In this document: positions 7,915-12,850 of the stretch, in pieces | Position numbering within the stretch: the first letter of the stretch is position 1 | Layout of the letters: every line of letters begins with the position of its first letter | Origin: Gemmatimonadota bacterium | GTDB taxonomy: Bacteria; Latescibacterota; UBA2968; UBA8231 | Direction: 5' to 3' | DNA length: 12,850 bases | Assembly: GCA_038128265.1 (NCBI GenBank) | Contig: JAYPJE010000090.1 | Span: forward strand, 1 to 12,850 | Notes under the pieces: model-generated | Database searches by the model: none | The model's input: only the letters and a program-made list of their open reading frames with translations | Told to the model about the DNA's origin: nothing | Made by a program: the position numbers and the translations under genes

Positions 7915-8811
7915 TCAGCGCAGAGCAAAGTCCAGCAGCAACCCGGCGTACGTCAAGTAGGCCGCCTGCTGCAGGCTTTTCTTGTAGGCACTTAGCGAGG
8001 CCAGGTCGCGGTAGTCGGCTCGGCTATCGTAGCGCCGGGTCATATACATCGGCAGCGCCGGAGCCAGCGCGGCCAAAACCACGGCGTACATTCCATACGA
8101 ACCGCTGAGAAAGAGCAGACCGCACCAAATGCGCGATAGAATTTGCGCGCCCCATATGACCCGTTTTACCGCCGACGCTCCAGCCCACACGCAGAGCGTC
8201 TTCTTGCCGTTATCGCGATCGGCCGGCTCGTGCTTAAGCCCGCTGGCTAGTGCGGCAATAAGCGCATACAGCACCACCGGTAGGAGCAGCCCGATCGATT
8301 CGATCTGCCCGACCCCTCCCATCGCGTAGTAGCCCATTAGCGGCATTACAACACCGGTGCCAGCGACTTCTAGTATTTCTCCACCCCCGCGATAGTTGAG
8401 CCGCAGCGGCGCAAAGCTATAGGCCCATATCAGCAGGAGACCTCCTGCCGCCAGTGCCGGCATCAGCGAGTACCCCAACCACCACAGTCCCCCCGCACAG
8501 GCAAGTGCACTTGCCCCGGCCAACAAGCCGGCCGATAGCACATGCGCCGGCTCGAGCACTCCTGCGATCAGCACGCGCTCGTCGATCAGTTCGGGAAAAG
8601 CCTGGGCGTGGCGCACATCGGCCTCGCGATCGGCGTAGTCGTTGAGCAGGACAATGGCCCACTGCAAGAACACCGCGAGCAGAAGAACAAGAACGGCTGG
8701 TGCCCACTGTGCGGTCGCTGTGATGCCATATCCCAGACCCATTCCCACGCAAACGGGCAGCATCGTTTTGGGCAGGGCCTCTATCTTGACAGCAATTAGC
8801 CAGCGTTTCAC
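7915..8811 (-). CDS. UbiA-superfamily membrane prenyltransferase, MenA (DHNA polyprenyltransferase)-like
   Basis: Multi-TM protein with NDYADREAD first Asp-rich motif, AYSFAPLRLNYRGGGE (MenA-like YxxxPxxLxYxGxGE) and DRDNGKKTL. GTG start with GAGGGG RBS. Confidence 0.82.
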   Translation of the reverse strand: MKRWLIAVKIEALPKTMLPVCVGMGLGYGITATAQWAPAVLVLLLAVFLQWAIVLLNDYADREADVRHAQAFPELIDERVLIAGVLEPAHVLSAGLLAGASALACAGGLWWLGYSLMPALAAGGLLLIWAYSFAPLRLNYRGGGEILEVAGTGVVMPLMGYYAMGGVGQIESIGLLLPVVLYALIAALASGLKHEPADRDNGKKTLCVWAGASAVKRVIWGAQILSRIWCGLLFLSGSYGMYAVVLAALAPALPMYMTRRYDSRADYRDLASLSAYKKSLQQAAYLTYAGLLLDFALR

Positions 8812-8843
8812 TTTACCCCTCTATCTCTTAACCAGTAAAGCAC

Positions 8844-9578
8844 ATGGCACTTTCCAGCGAGCCATATCGCACGCCCCCAGCCCACAGCGCCAAAGGGGCT
8901 GCCTATCGCCTCTCCCTAGCCCCTGGTCGGGACCGAGCGACTGCCTGCGTCGATCTGTGTGCAGCACTGCTGGAAGAGGACGAGACCGATACTATCTTCG
9001 GTCGCGCTTTTGCGCAAGGCATATGCGCAGTCGAAGCCGCTCTCAGAACACATTTTCCCAACAATATCTTTGGCGATCTCGACTGTATTGCCGCAGCGCT
9101 TCTGGCCGAGGCCCGGATCCATAGCACCCCCCTCGCGCATCTGCGTCAGCACCTTGCTCTCATAGACGAACTGCTCCAACTCTACGGATCCAATTCGCCC
9201 ATTCACTTTCGCTATGCGCACGATTTTCTCTACGGCTTTGACTGGGTCCGGTGGGTTCGTAAAGCACCAGACCAACGGGGTTCGACTGGCCCTTTCGCGA
9301 CTGCATTTTTGCACTATCTCAGAAAGCGCGGCAACGAACTACTGTTGCTTATCGCCGCCGACGATCCAGCCTATCCTCGCTTACCCCACAATGCGGATCG
9401 CAACCCCTTTTCCTTTCTACGCGACCCGACTAGCGAGATGCGCCTGCACGCATCGCTAGCCGCAGATGGCCTCGTTCCCGTTGAAGCGTGGGATTCGCGC
9501 GGGCGGCAATGCACCCAACGCGACTATAGCGCCCTGCGCGAACAACGCGCCGACCACCTACTTCACAACCATGGGTAA
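8844..9578 (+). CDS. Conserved-looking hypothetical soluble protein (244 aa)
   Basis: Long ORF filling the gap, overlapping the ybaK start by 8 nt. Motif-like segments FPNNIFGDLD, IHFRYAHDFLYGFDWVRWV, YPRL…RNPF and VPVEAW. Start is uncertain (no clear SD). Confidence 0.75.
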   Translation: MALSSEPYRTPPAHSAKGAAYRLSLAPGRDRATACVDLCAALLEEDETDTIFGRAFAQGICAVEAALRTHFPNNIFGDLDCIAAALLAEARIHSTPLAHLRQHLALIDELLQLYGSNSPIHFRYAHDFLYGFDWVRWVRKAPDQRGSTGPFATAFLHYLRKRGNELLLLIAADDPAYPRLPHNADRNPFSFLRDPTSEMRLHASLAADGLVPVEAWDSRGRQCTQRDYSALREQRADHLLHNHG

Positions 9579-10074
9579 AAAGCCTAAAGCACCCGTAACA
9601 GCGGCCCTGCGCGCCCTGCGCCAACACCATATAGCGCACAGTGAGCACCTGTATTCCTACGAAGAGCGCGGCGGGGCCGAGCACGCAGCCCGCTGTTTAG
9701 ATGCCAACCTGCATCAGATAATTAAAACGCTGGTATTTGAAGACGAAACGGGACAACCGCTGCTGGTGCTTATGCACGGCGGACGCGAAGTGGCGGTTGG
9801 ACTGCTGGCGCGCGCGGTTGGCGCCAAGCGAGTAGCGCCCTGCGCGCCGGAAACGGCGACCAAACACACAGGCTATCTAGTCGGCGGCACTTCGCCCTTT
9901 GGCACGCGCAAGCAAATGCCCGTTTACGTAGAGAACACGATACGCGACTTGCCGCTCATCTATGTGAACGGCGGTAAACGCGGCTTTTTAGTCGGTCTGC
10001 AACCAGCCGACTTAGATAGCATATTGAAGCCCCATTACGTAGAAGTGAGTGCACCGCACCACAGCACCCCATAG
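9571..10074 (+). CDS. ybaK: YbaK/EbsC-family aminoacyl-tRNA deacylase (Cys-tRNA(Pro) deacylase-like)
   Basis: IIKTLV (conserved Lys), TGYLVGGTSPFG (GxxxP loop) and NGGKRG. ATG at 9571 gives 167 aa, a typical length, so it is preferred over the ORF-track start at 9466. Confidence 0.88.
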   Translation: MGKKPKAPVTAALRALRQHHIAHSEHLYSYEERGGAEHAARCLDANLHQIIKTLVFEDETGQPLLVLMHGGREVAVGLLARAVGAKRVAPCAPETATKHTGYLVGGTSPFGTRKQMPVYVENTIRDLPLIYVNGGKRGFLVGLQPADLDSILKPHYVEVSAPHHSTP

Positions 10075-10087
10075 AGGAGGATGCACC

Positions 10088-11215
10088 ATGTTAGACCAAC
10101 TGTCGTCCCTGCGCTGCGGAAGGACGGGCCGCGCCTCATCCTGGGCCCACGACGGCCGCAACAGCGATGCTTGGTGGATCGAACCGGGACAGACGCGCGT
10201 GCTGGCCGATATCAAAGGCCCGGGCAAAATCACCCATATCTGGATGACGCAGCCCAACCACTACCGCGAATGCCTGATTAAAATCACTTGGGACGACGCG
10301 CGCTCCCCCAGCGTACTGTGTCCGCTCGGCGACTTTTTTGGCTTGGGCCACGGCATCGTTAACTCGTATGAATCGCTGCTCTTTAGCTCCTCGACAAATA
10401 CCAACAATCGCTTCAATGCCGGCTGCGCACTCAACGCCTATGTGCAAATGCCCTTTCGCAAGCGCGCTGTCGTCGAATTGGTCAACCAGAGCAAAGAGCG
10501 CCACCGCCAGTACTTCTACGTTGATTACGAGCTGTGCGACATAGCCGACGATGCCGGCTACTTTCACGCCGAATTCCGTCGCGAAAACCCCTTCGGCGGC
10601 TGGGGGCACGAAGTGCGCGTCAACTCACCCGAGGCCAATATCGTCAACAAGGGAAAGGAGGCGTGGGACAATAACTACGTCATCCTAGAAACGGCAGGTA
10701 GAGGCCACTACATTGGCTGCAATATCAGCGTCACCAACTTCCAAGGCACCTGGTGGGGCGAGGGGGACGATATGATCTGGGTCGATGGGTACAAGTGGCC
10801 CCCCGACCTACACGGCACCGGCAGTGAAGACTATCTCAATCAGGCCTGGGGCATGCAGGACAACGCCTTCCTGCGCAACGGATCCTCTATTCACGAGCGC
10901 AATACAGACGGCTACCAGACCTCCTACGTGCACCATATAGAAAACCCGGTTTCTTTCGAAAAGGAAATCAAAGTGACCATCGAGCATGGCCACGGCAACC
11001 ACCTGTGCAACGAAATGAGCAGCGTTGCCTATTGGTATGCAGCCAAACCCACCCGCGTCGCCAAGCCGCCGTCCGTCGCCAAGCGCATGCCGGTGCTGCG
11101 CGACAACCAGGGCAACTGGCTCTACGATGCGAAAAATCAAACCACAACGACACACGTTAAGGTCAATGCGGAAATGAAGCGCATGAAAGCACAGTGGAAA
11201 AAGCGGCACGGTTAG
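10088..11215 (+). CDS. DUF2961-domain protein / glycoside hydrolase family 172
   Basis: GPGKITHIWMT, PSVLCPLGDFFG, MPFRK, GRGHYIG, WWGEGDD, HGTGSEDY and TIEHGHGN…SSVAYWY motifs. Strong GAGGAGG RBS at 10074-10080 supports the ATG at 10088. No signal peptide. Confidence 0.9.
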   Translation: MLDQLSSLRCGRTGRASSWAHDGRNSDAWWIEPGQTRVLADIKGPGKITHIWMTQPNHYRECLIKITWDDARSPSVLCPLGDFFGLGHGIVNSYESLLFSSSTNTNNRFNAGCALNAYVQMPFRKRAVVELVNQSKERHRQYFYVDYELCDIADDAGYFHAEFRRENPFGGWGHEVRVNSPEANIVNKGKEAWDNNYVILETAGRGHYIGCNISVTNFQGTWWGEGDDMIWVDGYKWPPDLHGTGSEDYLNQAWGMQDNAFLRNGSSIHERNTDGYQTSYVHHIENPVSFEKEIKVTIEHGHGNHLCNEMSSVAYWYAAKPTRVAKPPSVAKRMPVLRDNQGNWLYDAKNQTTTTHVKVNAEMKRMKAQWKKRHG

Positions 11216-11216
11216 C

Positions 11217-12041
11217 ATGGAAGAGCGCTTTATACCCGATGTGGTATCCCCGGTCGAACGACCGGACGGGGCACTCTGCTTTGCCTTTTGCGGCGACCAA
11301 CTGCTCGTAAGCCAACGAGACGGTCAGCCCACAGTCACAACACTAGCGGACCTGGCCCAGAGCAACCTGATTGTAGAGACGGAGTACTTCCTCGGCCACG
11401 ACGGCGAGCACGGGCCCTGCTTTGCTGCCGACCTAGGCAGCACGTTTCAAGCACCCGGCGGCATGGCCTTGCACGGCCTGCGCGATCTGGCCGACGCGCT
11501 GGGTGACCGGCTCTTTGCCGTCGGTGGACGCGCCGTGCAAATCGTCCAATGGGGCCGCACCCATCGCTACTGCGGGCGCTGCGGCGCGGAGACGCACACC
11601 GCGCCATCGGAGCGCGCCCAAGTCTGCCCACAGTGTAACTTGATGGCCTTTCCCCGCCTGTCGCCGGCTATCATCGTGCGCATCCGGCGCGGCGAACAGA
11701 TTCTATTAGCGCGCAACCACCGCTTTCCTCCGGGCCGCTTTAGCGTGCTGGCTGGTTTTGTAGAACCCGGCGAAACGCTGGAGGAAGCCGTCGCGCGCGA
11801 AGTCCGCGAGGAAGTGGGTATCCGCGTGTGCAATATCCGCTACTTTGGCTCGCAGCCCTGGCCCTTTCCCAACTCACTTATGCTCGGTTTCACGGCCGAA
11901 TATGCCGAAGGAGAGCTCGTCGTCGACGAGAGCGAACTGGCCGAAGCACACTGGTTTACCCGCGACAACCTGCCCGACTTGCCACCGCCCATCAGCATCG
12001 CGCGGCGCCTCATCGAAGATTTTCTGGAGCCGTCCGCGTGA
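11217..12041 (+). CDS. nudC: NAD(H) diphosphatase / NAD-capped RNA decapping Nudix hydrolase
   Basis: Zn ribbon CGRCG…CPQC, Nudix box GFVEPGETLEEAVAREVREEVG and the NudC-specific SQPWPFPNS motif. Confidence 0.96.
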   Translation: MEERFIPDVVSPVERPDGALCFAFCGDQLLVSQRDGQPTVTTLADLAQSNLIVETEYFLGHDGEHGPCFAADLGSTFQAPGGMALHGLRDLADALGDRLFAVGGRAVQIVQWGRTHRYCGRCGAETHTAPSERAQVCPQCNLMAFPRLSPAIIVRIRRGEQILLARNHRFPPGRFSVLAGFVEPGETLEEAVAREVREEVGIRVCNIRYFGSQPWPFPNSLMLGFTAEYAEGELVVDESELAEAHWFTRDNLPDLPPPISIARRLIEDFLEPSA

Positions 12042-12670
12042 AAAAGGCAGAAAAAGTGGCACTCGTCATTGAAACGCTCGAAGCCCTCTACCCAGAGCCA
12101 GATATTCCCCTAGACAGCAACAGTCCCTTTACCCACCTAGTGGCGGTGCTGCTGTCCGCCCAGTGCACGGACGCCCGCGTCAACACCGTGACGCCGGCGC
12201 TTTTCCAGCGCGCCGATACAGCGAGCGCTATGGCGCGCGTGCCCGTGGCCGATATCGCCGCCATTATTCGCCCGTGCGGTCTGGCGCCGCGCAAATCGCA
12301 GGCCATCAGCGATCTGTCGCAGATTCTCGTCGAGCAGTACGACGGCGCCGTGCCGGCCGATATAGACGCACTCGAGCGCCTGCCCGGCGTCGGCCATAAG
12401 ACGGCACAGGTCGTCATGGCACAGTGTTTTGGCCTGCCGACCTTTCCCGTCGACACCCACATACACCGGCTCATCTTTCGCTGGGGCCTATCCAACGGCA
12501 GGAGCGTCGAGCAGACGGAGCGCGATTGCAAACGCCTCTTTCCGCAAGAACGCTGGAACGATTTACACCTGCAGATCATCTACTTTGGCCGCCAATACTG
12601 CCCGGCGCGCGGTCACGTTCCGAGCGAATGCCCGCTGTGCAGTCGAATTGGCCGCAAGCGCCTTGTGTGA
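12038..12670 (+). CDS. nth: Endonuclease III (HhH-GPD DNA glycosylase/AP lyase)
   Basis: LLSAQCTDARVN, HhH LPGVGHKTA (catalytic Lys) and FPVDTH (catalytic Asp). GTG start overlaps the nudC stop (GTGA at 12038-12041), giving 210 aa. Confidence 0.95.
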   Translation: MKKAEKVALVIETLEALYPEPDIPLDSNSPFTHLVAVLLSAQCTDARVNTVTPALFQRADTASAMARVPVADIAAIIRPCGLAPRKSQAISDLSQILVEQYDGAVPADIDALERLPGVGHKTAQVVMAQCFGLPTFPVDTHIHRLIFRWGLSNGRSVEQTERDCKRLFPQERWNDLHLQIIYFGRQYCPARGHVPSECPLCSRIGRKRLV

Positions 12671-12676
12671 CTCCGT

Positions 12677-12850
12677 TCAGTGACCACTCATAGACAGCAG
12701 CTTTTCATACACGGCTGCGGCGATGATCTCATTGCCAAGAGGCGTGTAATGACAGTGGTCGTAAAACAATCCCGGACCTTCTTCCCGAGCGCGCAGCACC
12801 GGCAGCAAGTCCAAATATTCCATATCTAAATCATCCGCGATCTGTGCCAA
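12677..12850 (-). CDS. C-terminus of an SGNH/GDSL hydrolase-family protein (partial, continues beyond the window)
   Basis: Manual minus-strand translation: LAQIADDLDMEYLDLLPVLRAREEGPGLFYDHCHYTPLGNEIIAAAVYEKLLSMSGH*. It contains the block V DxxH (DHCH) followed by the TPxGN…IA helix. Not in the ORF track. Confidence 0.8.
   Translation of the reverse strand: MAQIADDLDMEYLDLLPVLRAREEGPGLFYDHCHYTPLGNEIIAAAVYEKLLSMSGH

Noticed and set aside
9466..9570. N-terminal extension of ybaK in the track (202 aa)
   Set aside because: It lies inside the 244-aa gene, and YbaK similarity begins at the ATG at 9571.
10049..10087. Longer start for the DUF2961 gene
   Set aside because: It overlaps the ybaK end, and the strong GAGGAGG RBS points to the ATG at 10088.
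54..11215. Mycobacterial-style arabinan system (UbiA-type DPPR synthase + GT-C arabinosyltransferase + GH172)
   Set aside because: The prenyltransferase has MenA-type motifs rather than DPPR-synthase features, no DprE1-like flavoprotein is present, and the genes are in separate transcription units.
11828..12037. 70-aa N-terminal extension of the nth ORF in the track (280 aa)
   Set aside because: It overlaps the Nudix domain of nudC in another frame. The GTG at 12038, coupled to the nudC stop, gives a normal-length Nth.
1..12850. CRISPR arrays, tRNA/rRNA, prophage or defence genes
   Set aside because: None seen. The longest intergenic gap is 107 bp, and all long ORFs except the 244-aa protein match metabolic or housekeeping families.

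Overview
Gene-dense bacterial chromosomal window (roughly 60% GC by spot counts, with a lower-GC first gene). I saw no mobile elements, CRISPR arrays or structural RNA genes. It contains, in order: (i) a 788-aa polytopic GT-C/YfhO-like membrane protein; (ii) an M29 aminopeptidase; (iii) a co-directional four-gene catabolic-looking cluster (MDR dehydrogenase, atypical SDR, DHDPS-family Schiff-base enzyme, enolase-superfamily enzyme), with non-canonical active-site motifs in three of the four, a 17-bp palindrome upstream and a hairpin downstream; (iv) a MenA/UbiA-like prenyltransferase on the minus strand, head-to-head across only 32 bp with (v) a tightly coupled operon of unknown 244-aa protein - ybaK - DUF2961/GH172 - nudC - nth; and (vi) the 3' end of a convergent SGNH hydrolase. 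The best candidates for undescribed biology are the four-enzyme cluster (possibly a new sugar-acid oxidation route, perhaps fed by the cytoplasmic GH172) and the prenyltransferase/unknown-protein divergent pair. All functional calls come from motif recognition by eye; no searches were run.
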